Source: Acidobacteriaceae bacterium
GTDB taxonomy: Bacteria > Acidobacteriota > Terriglobia > Terriglobales > Acidobacteriaceae
Length of the DNA stretch: 64,000 bases
Assembly (NCBI GenBank): GCA_003139995.1
Contig: PLIC01000085.1
Coordinates: 3,739-67,738 of the forward strand
Reading direction: 5' to 3'
Shown: positions 56,176 to 64,000 of the stretch, piece by piece
How positions within the stretch are numbered: position 1 is the stretch's first letter
Layout of the letters: each line of letters starts with the position of its first letter
Notes under the pieces: model-generated
Told to the model about the DNA's origin: nothing
What the model saw: the letters and a program-made list of their open reading frames with translations, nothing else
The model's database searches: none
Program-made: the position numbers and the translations under genes

Positions 56176-57748
56176 ACAGAAACGTCCCGAAGGCGATTGG
56201 CGCGATGCTAAGGTCGAGTTTCGCAAAGGGACGATCTGTTACAGCGCGGCGCCGAAAAACATCACCTATCTCAGTCTGCCCAACCCCCGCGAGTGGCAGC
56301 CTTTCGACGCGGACTGGAAACTTCCGCCCAACTGGAAAGAAATCATTCTCAAAGGCATGAAAGAGCGATTGCGGAAGTACCGCTCTTTTCGCCTATTCAT
56401 GGAAATCTGCGTACGCTGCGGCGCCTGCGCCGACAAGTGTCATTTCTATGTCGGCTCCGGCGATCCCAAGAACATGCCAGTGCTGCGCGCCGAGTTGATG
56501 CGCTCGGTTTATCGCCGCTATTTCACCCTCACGGGGCGGCTTTTTAGGGCGCTCGTGGGCGCGCGCGAGCTGACTGAAGACGTCATCAAGGAATGGTTCT
56601 ACTACTTTTATCAGTGCACCGAGTGCCGGCGCTGTTCGGTTTTTTGTCCTTATGGGATCGACACGGCCGAGATCACTATGATGGGCCGCGAGTTACTCGA
56701 CCTGATCGGCTGCAACATCAATTGGGTCATGGAGCCTGCCGCAAACTGTTTCCGCACCGGCAATCATCTTGGAGTGCAGCCGCACGCTTTTCAGGACAGC
56801 ATTCAATTCGCCGCCGATGAAGCAAAGGAAATCACGGGCCTGCCCATCGAAGTTCCCATCAACCGCAAAGGCGCGGAGATTCTTTTCGTCATGCCCTCGG
56901 CCGATTATTTTGGCACCCCGCATTACTACACACTGCTCGGCTATCTGATGCTGTTTCACGAAATCGGGCTTGACTACACAGTTAGTGCCTTTGCTTCGGA
57001 GGGCGGCAACTTCGGCCTCTTTTCATCGCACGAACTAATGAAGCGGCTCAATGCCAAGATCTACGAAGAAGCGAAGCGGCTGCGCGTCAAATGGATTCTG
57101 GGCGGCGAGTGCGGCCACATGTGGCGCGTGTTCCATCAGTATATGGACACGATGAACGGGCCGGCCGATTTTCTGGAGCCGCCGGTTTCGCCCATTACCG
57201 GGACGCATTTCGAGAACGCCCGCTCCACGCGCGCCGTCCACATTTGCGAGTTCACCGCCGACCTGATTCATCACGGCAAACTTCGGCTCGACCCTCGCCG
57301 CAACGATCGTTGGAACGTTACTTACCACGACTCCTGTAATCCTTCGCGCGCCATGGGGTTGCTGGAAGAGCCGCGCTACATCCTGAAAAACGCTTGCCGG
57401 AATTTCCACGAGATGCCGGAGAACACGATCCGCGAACAAACCTTCTGCTGCGGCAGCGGCGCCGGACTCGGCACGGATGAGAACCTGGAGATGCGCCTGC
57501 GCGGCGGCTTTCCGCGCGCCAACGCCGTCAAGCACGTAAGGGAAAAACATGGCGTGAACTTGCTGGCTTGCATTTGCGCCATCGACAAGGCAACGCTGCC
57601 CACGCTGATGGAGTACTGGGTCCCTGGCGTCGAGGTCGCCGGCGTGCACGAGTTACTGGGGAATGCGCTGGTGATGACCGGAGAAAAAGAACGAACCACT
57701 GACTTGCGCGGCGAACCACTGGTACGGGAGGAGGCTACGCGTGAGTGA
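56150..57748 (+). CDS. dsrK: DsrK (HdrD-like Fe-S/CCG-domain catalytic subunit)
   Basis: CVRCGACADKCH, CTECRRCSVFCPYGID and the CCG motif region FCCGSGAG. Confidence 0.85.
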   Translation: MPDKLLAIEQKRPEGDWRDAKVEFRKGTICYSAAPKNITYLSLPNPREWQPFDADWKLPPNWKEIILKGMKERLRKYRSFRLFMEICVRCGACADKCHFYVGSGDPKNMPVLRAELMRSVYRRYFTLTGRLFRALVGARELTEDVIKEWFYYFYQCTECRRCSVFCPYGIDTAEITMMGRELLDLIGCNINWVMEPAANCFRTGNHLGVQPHAFQDSIQFAADEAKEITGLPIEVPINRKGAEILFVMPSADYFGTPHYYTLLGYLMLFHEIGLDYTVSAFASEGGNFGLFSSHELMKRLNAKIYEEAKRLRVKWILGGECGHMWRVFHQYMDTMNGPADFLEPPVSPITGTHFENARSTRAVHICEFTADLIHHGKLRLDPRRNDRWNVTYHDSCNPSRAMGLLEEPRYILKNACRNFHEMPENTIREQTFCCGSGAGLGTDENLEMRLRGGFPRANAVKHVREKHGVNLLACICAIDKATLPTLMEYWVPGVEVAGVHELLGNALVMTGEKERTTDLRGEPLVREEATRE

Positions 57749-58145
57749 TCGTCCACTTATTCTCGCGGGCCTGACTCTTTTCGTCGGACTGGTAACGACG
57801 CCGATCTGGCACGGCGCTCTCGATAGGAAGGCGGCCTTGACCGCTCCGCCGATCCAGCTTCCTGCGCAGGAAAAGCAGTGCGTAGCACCCGCGAGTTACA
57901 TGCGCAGTTCGCACATGCAGTTGCTGGAACATTGGAGAGATGAGGCGGCGCGCGATGGGCGGAGGCAGTTCGTCGCATTCAACGGGAAGATTTACGACAA
58001 GAATCCCACCCGCACCTGCGTCACGCAATGCCACACCGACCGCAAGGAATTTTGCGAACGGTGCCATGACTATGCCGGTGTTTCCGATCCAGATTGTTGG
58101 AATTGCCACAACGATTCCCAGCGAACTTCGAGGAGTGCGCCATGA
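57741..58145 (+). CDS. dsrJ: DsrJ (trihaem cytochrome c, membrane anchored)
   Basis: N-terminal TM helix and three haem motifs: CVTQCH (CX3CH), CERCH, CWNCH. GTG start overlaps dsrK by 8 nt. Confidence 0.8.
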   Translation: MSDRPLILAGLTLFVGLVTTPIWHGALDRKAALTAPPIQLPAQEKQCVAPASYMRSSHMQLLEHWRDEAARDGRRQFVAFNGKIYDKNPTRTCVTQCHTDRKEFCERCHDYAGVSDPDCWNCHNDSQRTSRSAP

Positions 58146-58921
58146 AGATTACGCGAAAAGATTTTCTTCGGATTTCGGGCCTGGGCTTGCTGGCTGTGGC
58201 AGGAAGGAAAGCTGTCCGCGCAGTGGCCGAACGAACGTCCGAGCGAGCGTCCGAGCAAACGTCCGCGCCGTTCGCGAAACAGGTCCGCTGGGGCATGGCG
58301 ATTGATCTGCAGAAATGCCGTCAAAAAGACGGCTGCGACCGCTGCATCAAGGCGTGCCACTCGACGCACAACGTGCCGCAATTCTCCGACCGCGCGCACG
58401 AGGTCAAGTGGATATGGAAGGAGCCGTTCAAGAATGTATTTCCCGCCGCGCAGACCGGCTACACACGCGAGTTTTTCGGAAACCTTCCCGTGTTGCTGGT
58501 GTGCAACCACTGCGACGATCCTCCCTGCCAGGACGTTTGCCCGGTCAAGGCAACCTGGAAACGAGAGGACGGCGTGGTCACCATCGACTTTCATCGCTGC
58601 ATCGGCTGCCGCTATTGCATGGCTGCCTGCCCGTATGGTGCGCGCAGCTTTAACTGGCTGGATCCCCGGCCAGCCATCGCAACTGTGAACCTGGATTTCC
58701 CGACCCGCACCAAAGGTGTGGTGGAGAAGTGCAATTTCTGCGAAGAACGGCTGGCGAAAGGGCTGGGACCGGCTTGCGCCGAGAGCTGCGAGGAGAAAGC
58801 CATCGTGTTCGGCGATCTCGAAAAGCCAGACTCCGAGGTGCGCCGACTGCTGCGATCGCGCTTTGCGGTGCAGCGCCAACCGGAATTGGGCACTGGCCCT
58901 GCTGTGTATTACATCGTCTGA
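58142..58921 (+). CDS. dsrO: DsrO (periplasmic 4Fe-4S ferredoxin-type subunit, Tat-like signal)
   Basis: MKITRKDFLRISGLGLLAVAG, then CIGCRYCMAACPYGA and CNFCEERL..G..PACAESC. ATGA overlap with dsrJ. Confidence 0.85.
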   Translation: MKITRKDFLRISGLGLLAVAGRKAVRAVAERTSERASEQTSAPFAKQVRWGMAIDLQKCRQKDGCDRCIKACHSTHNVPQFSDRAHEVKWIWKEPFKNVFPAAQTGYTREFFGNLPVLLVCNHCDDPPCQDVCPVKATWKREDGVVTIDFHRCIGCRYCMAACPYGARSFNWLDPRPAIATVNLDFPTRTKGVVEKCNFCEERLAKGLGPACAESCEEKAIVFGDLEKPDSEVRRLLRSRFAVQRQPELGTGPAVYYIV

Positions 58922-58929
58922 GTGTGCTT

Positions 58930-60087
58930 ATGTTCATGTTTGAAAAAGCGCTCACGGGAGGCCGCAAATACTGGCTCTGGATAACCTCACTCTTCTTGTT
59001 AGTTCTGGCAGGTTCTCTTTGTTATGTCTTACAACTGACGCACGGGCTGGCCGTCACCGGACTCAGCCGCGATGTAAGTTGGGGCCTCTACATTGCGCAA
59101 TTCACCTTCTTTGTGGGTGTCGCCGCTTCCGCGGTCATGGTAGTTCTGCCCTACTATCTGCACGATTACCAACAATTTGGCCGCATCACCATCCTTGGCG
59201 AACTTCTGGCGGTCACGGCGGTTACGATGTGCATTCTTTTCATCTTCGTCGACTTGGGCCAGCCTACGCGGATTGTCAACATCGTGCTTCATCCCCAGCC
59301 GAAGTCGGTGATGTTTTGGGACATGATTGCGCTCGGCGGTTATCTACTGATGAACGCGGCGATCGCCGTGGTCACACTGACCGCGCAACGCGAACAAGTA
59401 CCGGCTCCCGGCTGGATCAAGCCCGTGATTATCCTCTCGATTCCATGGGCAATCGGCATTCATACGGTCACCGCATTTCTCTATAGCGGATTGCCCGGCC
59501 GATCTTACTGGCTGACGGCGATTCTGGCGCCGCGTTTCCTGGCTTCGGCTTTTGCTTCGGGGCCGGCCTTGTTGATCCTTCTGTGTCTGGCCTTGCGGAA
59601 GTTGTCCGGCTTTGATGCGGGGCGGGAAGCCATCCAGAAGCTCGCGGTCATCGTGACCTACGCCCTCGCCATCAATATGTTTCTCATCCTGGCAGAGGTC
59701 TTTACCGCTTTCTACAGCGAGATTCCGGCGCACGAAGAGCACTTCGAGTATCTCTTCATCGGCCTCAACGGCGATCGGCACCTGGTGCTCTGGATGTGGC
59801 TCTCGACGCTGCTTTCCGGGGTTGCATTGGCATTGCTGCTGGTTCCAAAGTGGCGAAACAACATCCGTCTGCTGGTGGTGGCATGCGTGTGTGTTTTCGT
59901 TTCGATCTGGCTGGACAAGGGACTCGGACTGATTGTTGGTGGCATGGCGCCTTCACCACTCGGAGCGGTCACGCGGTATGTTCCCACGCTACCCGAATCG
60001 GCTATCGTTCTCGGGATTTGGGCCAGCGGCGCCTTGATGATCACGGTTTTCTACAAGATCACGCTCTCGGTTTGGGAGGATAACTAA
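58930..60087 (+). CDS. dsrP: DsrP (NrfD/PsrC-type integral membrane quinone-interacting subunit)
   Basis: 385-aa polytopic membrane protein following dsrO. ATG 58930 (MFMFEKALTGGRKYWLW). Confidence 0.8.
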   Translation: MFMFEKALTGGRKYWLWITSLFLLVLAGSLCYVLQLTHGLAVTGLSRDVSWGLYIAQFTFFVGVAASAVMVVLPYYLHDYQQFGRITILGELLAVTAVTMCILFIFVDLGQPTRIVNIVLHPQPKSVMFWDMIALGGYLLMNAAIAVVTLTAQREQVPAPGWIKPVIILSIPWAIGIHTVTAFLYSGLPGRSYWLTAILAPRFLASAFASGPALLILLCLALRKLSGFDAGREAIQKLAVIVTYALAINMFLILAEVFTAFYSEIPAHEEHFEYLFIGLNGDRHLVLWMWLSTLLSGVALALLLVPKWRNNIRLLVVACVCVFVSIWLDKGLGLIVGGMAPSPLGAVTRYVPTLPESAIVLGIWASGALMITVFYKITLSVWEDN

Positions 60088-60175
60088 CAACAGAACTAAT
60101 AAGGATGACTCGTTCTATGGTTTGCGATTGAGGCACGACGATGATTTTGAAAGAGAGAATTGAAAGAGAGCATTC

Positions 60176-61072
60176 ATGACGAACATTGGCAAAGTATATT
60201 TGGTGGGCGCAGGACCGGGACATCCTGATCTTCTTACGATCCGGGCGGCCGAAATTCTCAAGACCGCTGAAGTGATCGTGTACGACCGGCTGATCCAGGA
60301 TGAGGTCCTGGCGCTGGCCAAGCCTTCTGCCGAAAAGATCTTCATGGGCAAGCCGTTGGGCAGGCATGCTTCGCGACAGAACGAGATCCACGATCTGCTG
60401 GTCCGCAAGGCCCGCGAAGGCAGAATGGTGGTGCGCCTCAAGGGCGGCGATCCGTTTTTGTTCGGTCGCGGCGGCGAGGAAGCCGAGTATCTTGCGGAGC
60501 ATGGGGTTACCTTCGAAGTAGTTCCGGGAGTTTCTTCCTGCCTGTCCGCGCCGCTGAGCGCCGGAATCGCAGTTACTCACCGCGACCGGGCCTCGTCCGT
60601 CGCTATTGTTACCGGCCATCAGGCGGCGGAGCATGAGGATCGGGTGGATTGGCAAGCGCTGAGCAAAGTCGACACTCTGGTCGTTCTCATGGGCATCCAC
60701 AATATCGACCACATCACCAGGAAGTTGATGGCGGCCGGCCTCGCTCCCGATACTCCAGCCGCGATCGTTCAGATGGCCTTCTGGGAAAGTGAGCGAGTTA
60801 TCGCTTCAACGCTGGGCACGATTACAGAAGACGCTCGTCGCGCAGCTATCGAGCCTCCGGCGACTCTCGTGATTGGGGAGGCGGTGCGCCTGCGCGAGAA
60901 ATTGAAACATCATCAACAACACATCGGACAGCACTCCGGCCGCGATCCCTTGATTCACGTTGTTCCTATCCCTGACCGGTCCTCGGGCGACACGCTAAGT
61001 CTAGACACGCTAAGTCTGGAAGAGGAGAGTTGCGTGGTGCCTGCATCGTGCGAGAAAGAGGTTCTCCAATGA
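60176..61072 (+). CDS. cobA: Uroporphyrinogen-III C-methyltransferase (SUMT) with ~45-aa C-terminal extension
   Basis: VYLVGAGPGHPDLLTIRAAEILKTAEVIVYDRL...VVRLKGGDPFLFGRGGEE...VPGVSS. The tail contains the direct repeat DTLSLDTLSL. Confidence 0.85.
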   Translation: MTNIGKVYLVGAGPGHPDLLTIRAAEILKTAEVIVYDRLIQDEVLALAKPSAEKIFMGKPLGRHASRQNEIHDLLVRKAREGRMVVRLKGGDPFLFGRGGEEAEYLAEHGVTFEVVPGVSSCLSAPLSAGIAVTHRDRASSVAIVTGHQAAEHEDRVDWQALSKVDTLVVLMGIHNIDHITRKLMAAGLAPDTPAAIVQMAFWESERVIASTLGTITEDARRAAIEPPATLVIGEAVRLREKLKHHQQHIGQHSGRDPLIHVVPIPDRSSGDTLSLDTLSLEEESCVVPASCEKEVLQ

Positions 61073-61323
61073 CGGATACGACATCGGTCCCTATCGAGAT
61101 TCTGGCGGAAGAAATGTACCAGCTGGTTGCGGACTGCGCCGGGAAGAAGAACTTGAAACCCGGCGATCTGACTAAAGAGATGATCGCCAAACACGGCCCA
61201 GCTTGCAGCAAAGACGACTGCAAGAAGGCCCTGCGAATCTTGATCGACTCAAGCCGCTGCGTCTACAGCTATCTCGGAGGCACTTACATTCAACTTCCGC
61301 CTAAGCCTGGCAGTGAAATATGA
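61069..61323 (+). CDS. dsrD: DsrD-like small winged-helix protein
   Basis: 84 aa. KKNLKPGDLTKEMI...DCKKALRILIDSSRCVYSYLGGTYIQLPP parallels the ..EVKKILTALVNDEVLEYWSSGSTTMYGLK region I recall from Desulfovibrio DsrD. ATGA overlaps on both sides. Confidence 0.5.
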   Translation: MTDTTSVPIEILAEEMYQLVADCAGKKNLKPGDLTKEMIAKHGPACSKDDCKKALRILIDSSRCVYSYLGGTYIQLPPKPGSEI

Positions 61324-62744
61324 CGGATTCTCGGCCCATGCCGCGCCTGCTGATTGGCGGTATGTCCGGCGGTTCGGGCAAGACACTGGTTTCGCTCGCG
61401 CTGCTGCTGGCCCTGCGCCGGGCCGGATTCCAGGTCCGCGCATTCAAGAAGGGTCCCGACTATATCGACGCTGCTTGGCTAAGTTGGGCAGCATCTTACC
61501 CCGCTCGCAATCTCGACACTTACTTGATGGGCCGAGACACCGTTCGCTCGTCGTTTGTGCGTGCTGGGATCACGGATGGCGTCAACCTCATCGAAGGCAA
61601 TCGGGGAATATTCGACGGATTCGACGCCGCTGGCACGCACAGTAGTGCCGCCCTCAGCCACTGCCTCGCCGCGTCAGTGGTGCTCGTGATCAACGTCGCC
61701 AAAGTCACGCGCACCGCAGCGGCTTTTGTCGCAGGATGCCGGGCACTTGATCGGGAGCTTCCGATTCGCGGCATCATTCTGAACAACGTGAATGGCCAGC
61801 GGCATGAGGAGGTCTTGCGTGCGGCGATTGAGTCTGCATGTGCGATCCCTATAGTTGGCACAATTCGTAAGGCCGCGGTCAACCCGCTGCCCGAGCGCTA
61901 TCTCGGATTGGTTCCTCCGCAAGAACACGCCGGAACGGCGCAAATCCAGGAGAATTTATTGAAACTGGCGGACGGGTTCGATTTAGACGCCATCGTCTCA
62001 ATCGCGCGGAGTGCGCCTTCGCTGGAGACCGATCCCACGGAGGTTGCGGTATCAGCCGTGAAGGACATCAAGGTTGGCTATCTGCGCGACTCGGCGTTTA
62101 GTTTCTATTACCCGGAAAATTTGGAGCAGTTGGAGCATGGGGGTGCCGAACCCATCCCAGTTTCCGCGCTTCAGAGCAGCGCTCTGCCAGAAGGGCTATG
62201 CGCGTTATACATCGGAGGCGGCTTTCCAGAAAAACACGCGGAAGTGCTGTCGTCGAACCGGAGTTTCCTGGAGTCGGTCCGGGAAGCAGCGCTCGGAGGT
62301 CTGCCAATTTACGCCGAATGCGGAGGTCTAATGCTGCTGGCCCAAACGCTGCGCTGGGAGGGCAGAACGTATCCGATGGCCGGAGTTTTCCCATTCGATG
62401 TGGAAGGCTTCAACACGCCACAAGGCCACGGTTACAGCGAGTTGCGCGTCGACCGGCCGAACCCGTTTTTTCCTGCTGGGCTCGTTCTTCGCGGCCATGA
62501 GTTCCATTACTCACGCATTTTGCTTGGGGATGAACCGGTTCCGACCGCTTGCGCAGTAATTCGCGGCGTGGGATGCTTTCAGAAACGCGACCTTGTTATC
62601 ACGAGAAATGTAATGGCAGGTTATACCCACTTACATGCCCTGGCCACTCCCGAATGGGCGAAAGGCTTTCTGGATGCGGCGCGCCGCTTCGAGCCTCGTG
62701 CCGCGCACCGAAACATTTCACATACTGTTGAAGCGATGGGCTAA
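61320..62744 (+). CDS. dsrN: DsrN (cobyrinic acid a,c-diamide synthase family; sirohaem amidase)
   Basis: PRLLIGGMSGGSGKTLVSLALLLALRRAGFQVRAFKKGPDYID, plus a C-terminal glutamine amidotransferase part (YAECGGLMLL...GHEFHYS). Confidence 0.8.
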   Translation: MTDSRPMPRLLIGGMSGGSGKTLVSLALLLALRRAGFQVRAFKKGPDYIDAAWLSWAASYPARNLDTYLMGRDTVRSSFVRAGITDGVNLIEGNRGIFDGFDAAGTHSSAALSHCLAASVVLVINVAKVTRTAAAFVAGCRALDRELPIRGIILNNVNGQRHEEVLRAAIESACAIPIVGTIRKAAVNPLPERYLGLVPPQEHAGTAQIQENLLKLADGFDLDAIVSIARSAPSLETDPTEVAVSAVKDIKVGYLRDSAFSFYYPENLEQLEHGGAEPIPVSALQSSALPEGLCALYIGGGFPEKHAEVLSSNRSFLESVREAALGGLPIYAECGGLMLLAQTLRWEGRTYPMAGVFPFDVEGFNTPQGHGYSELRVDRPNPFFPAGLVLRGHEFHYSRILLGDEPVPTACAVIRGVGCFQKRDLVITRNVMAGYTHLHALATPEWAKGFLDAARRFEPRAAHRNISHTVEAMG

Positions 62745-62758
62745 GCTGGTTCGCCGCG

Positions 62759-63997
62759 CTACGCCGTCATCCCGATGGGTTGTCGAGTCGTAGTCAGCAC
62801 TAACTCGCGCTCCGGCTTCCGAACGCGCTCGCGCGCCCAGTTGGAGATTTCGGAGACGGCATGGATCGCGGCGGCCACTTCCGCCTCGGTATTGAATGCG
62901 CCCACCGCGAAACGCACGCCGCCGTGTGTTTCCACAGTGCCCAATTGCGTGTGCACGAGCGGCGCGCAATGCAGCCCGGTGCGGGTCGCGATGTTATGGT
63001 CCACGTCAAGCATGATTCCGACATCGCCCGGATCGGCGCCTTCTATGTTCATCAAGACAGTCGAGAGGTGGTTCTCGAGTTGGTCGCAACAGTACAAGCG
63101 CACGCCATCGATCTTGCGCAAGCCTTCCACCAACTGTCTGGCGAGCTTCATCTCGTGGGCGTACACCTTTTCGATTCCGTTTTCGTCAAGCCAGTCCTGG
63201 CCCGCCCAAAGGGCCGCCACTCCCACCATGTTCGGAGTGCCGAACTCGAGGCGCCACGGATATTCCTCCAGATGATAGGGCTCGACCGAGCGCACTCCGG
63301 TGCCGCCGCTGCGTACCTGTGCGATTTCAACATGCTTACGGATACAAAGACCGCCGATGCCCATGCTGCCCATCAGCGCCTTGTGCCCTGTGAACGCGAC
63401 CACATCAATATTCATTTCTTTCATGTTGATCGGGATCACGCCTGCGGTTTGCGCCGTGTCTACGAGGAAGATTATGCCGTGCTCCCGGCAAAGACGCCCC
63501 ATTTCGCGAAGGGGCTGCACGGTGCCAATGACGTTTGAGCCGTGATTAACAATCAGTACTTTCGTGTTCGGACGAATGGCCCGCTTGACGTCGCCGGGTT
63601 CGATGAATCCCGAGGAGTTGAAAGGGAGATAGGTCGCCTCCGCTCCACAATCGCGAACCAGGTGGTTGACCGGCCGGATCACGGAGTTATGTTCCAGGTT
63701 GGTCGTGATCACGTGGTCGCCCTTGCCGATCAGCCCCGGAATCACCAGGTTCAGCGCATCCGTGACGTTGTAGCTGAAGACGAGCCGCTCCGGCGTATCT
63801 TCGTCGCCGCCAAAAAACTTGGTCAAACGCTTGCGCAGGTTCGTCAGCAAGGAACCCGCTTCAATCGCCAGGTCGTAACCGCTTCGGCCGGGGTTGACGC
63901 CATGCGTGCGGTAGAACTGATCCATGAACTTGTAAACACTCTCCGGCTTGGGCCAAACGGTCGCCGCATTATCAAAATAGATCAAGCGTTTTTCCAT
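62759..63997 (-). CDS. Class-V aminotransferase-fold cysteine desulfurase-like enzyme
   Basis: IYFDNAATVWP...FTGHKALMGSMGIGGLCI (PLP Lys context)...RTGLHCAP. Convergent with dsrN, 14 nt apart. Confidence 0.75.
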   Translation of the reverse strand: MEKRLIYFDNAATVWPKPESVYKFMDQFYRTHGVNPGRSGYDLAIEAGSLLTNLRKRLTKFFGGDEDTPERLVFSYNVTDALNLVIPGLIGKGDHVITTNLEHNSVIRPVNHLVRDCGAEATYLPFNSSGFIEPGDVKRAIRPNTKVLIVNHGSNVIGTVQPLREMGRLCREHGIIFLVDTAQTAGVIPINMKEMNIDVVAFTGHKALMGSMGIGGLCIRKHVEIAQVRSGGTGVRSVEPYHLEEYPWRLEFGTPNMVGVAALWAGQDWLDENGIEKVYAHEMKLARQLVEGLRKIDGVRLYCCDQLENHLSTVLMNIEGADPGDVGIMLDVDHNIATRTGLHCAPLVHTQLGTVETHGGVRFAVGAFNTEAEVAAAIHAVSEISNWARERVRKPERELVLTTTRQPIGMTA

Positions 63998-64000
63998 GTT

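Noticed and set aside
1-64000. Mobile genetic element, prophage or defence island signatures around the dsr cluster or the nad deletions.
   Set aside because: I found no transposase, integrase, tRNA attachment site, phage structural genes or long terminal inverted repeats. The dsr island is not obviously bounded by repeats in this window.

Overview
High-GC (about 55-62% by spot counts) bacterial chromosomal window with roughly 55 protein-coding genes and no rRNA, tRNA, CRISPR array, transposase or integrase that I could recognise. All product calls come from reading conserved motifs in the supplied translations. No database search was run. Gene content looks Acidobacteriota-like: a 1200-aa CarboxypepD_reg-type TonB receptor, a TPR + CRTAC1/ASPIC-UnbV pair, and an S53 sedolisin with Ig-like repeats. 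This taxonomic call is an inference. Layout: (1) 1-1197 is a gene-free, repeat- and hairpin-dense leader. (2) 1.2-16.9 kb holds housekeeping genes: mltD-like lytic transglycosylase, qor, RNase R, DinB, bactofilin, murJ, CDP-alcohol phosphatidyltransferase + GtrA, class-III aminotransferase, MOSC, YraN and a GalT-like gene. (3) 17.0-23.8 kb is a complete proteobacterial-style ISC operon on the minus strand (iscR-iscS-iscU-iscA-hscB-[extra ORF]-hscA-fdx-iscX). REP-like hairpin elements sit in three of its spacers. (4) 23.9-24.2 kb is a gene-free stretch with nested complementary segments, a candidate structured RNA. (5) 25.4-32.2 kb holds a TetR regulator plus an RND efflux system. (6) 34.8-42.6 kb holds GntR, a TonB-dependent receptor, TPR and CRTAC1 genes. 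(7) 42.7-44.4 kb is a decayed nadA-nadC-nadB (de novo NAD) cluster. (8) 44.5-49.1 kb holds an orphan isoprenoid-synthase-like protein and an S53 peptidase. (9) 49.5-62.7 kb is a tightly coupled dissimilatory sulfite reductase island: sirC | dsrA-B-L-C-T-M-K-J-O-P-cobA-dsrD-dsrN. The island carries a perfect TGTGA-N6-TCACA (CRP/FNR-type) palindrome in its promoter region. The dsr island is the most interesting system in the window, although dsr-bearing Acidobacteriota have been reported before. The most unusual sequence-level observations are the REP element embedded in-frame in rnr, the extra ORF wedged into the isc operon, and the nad cluster decay.
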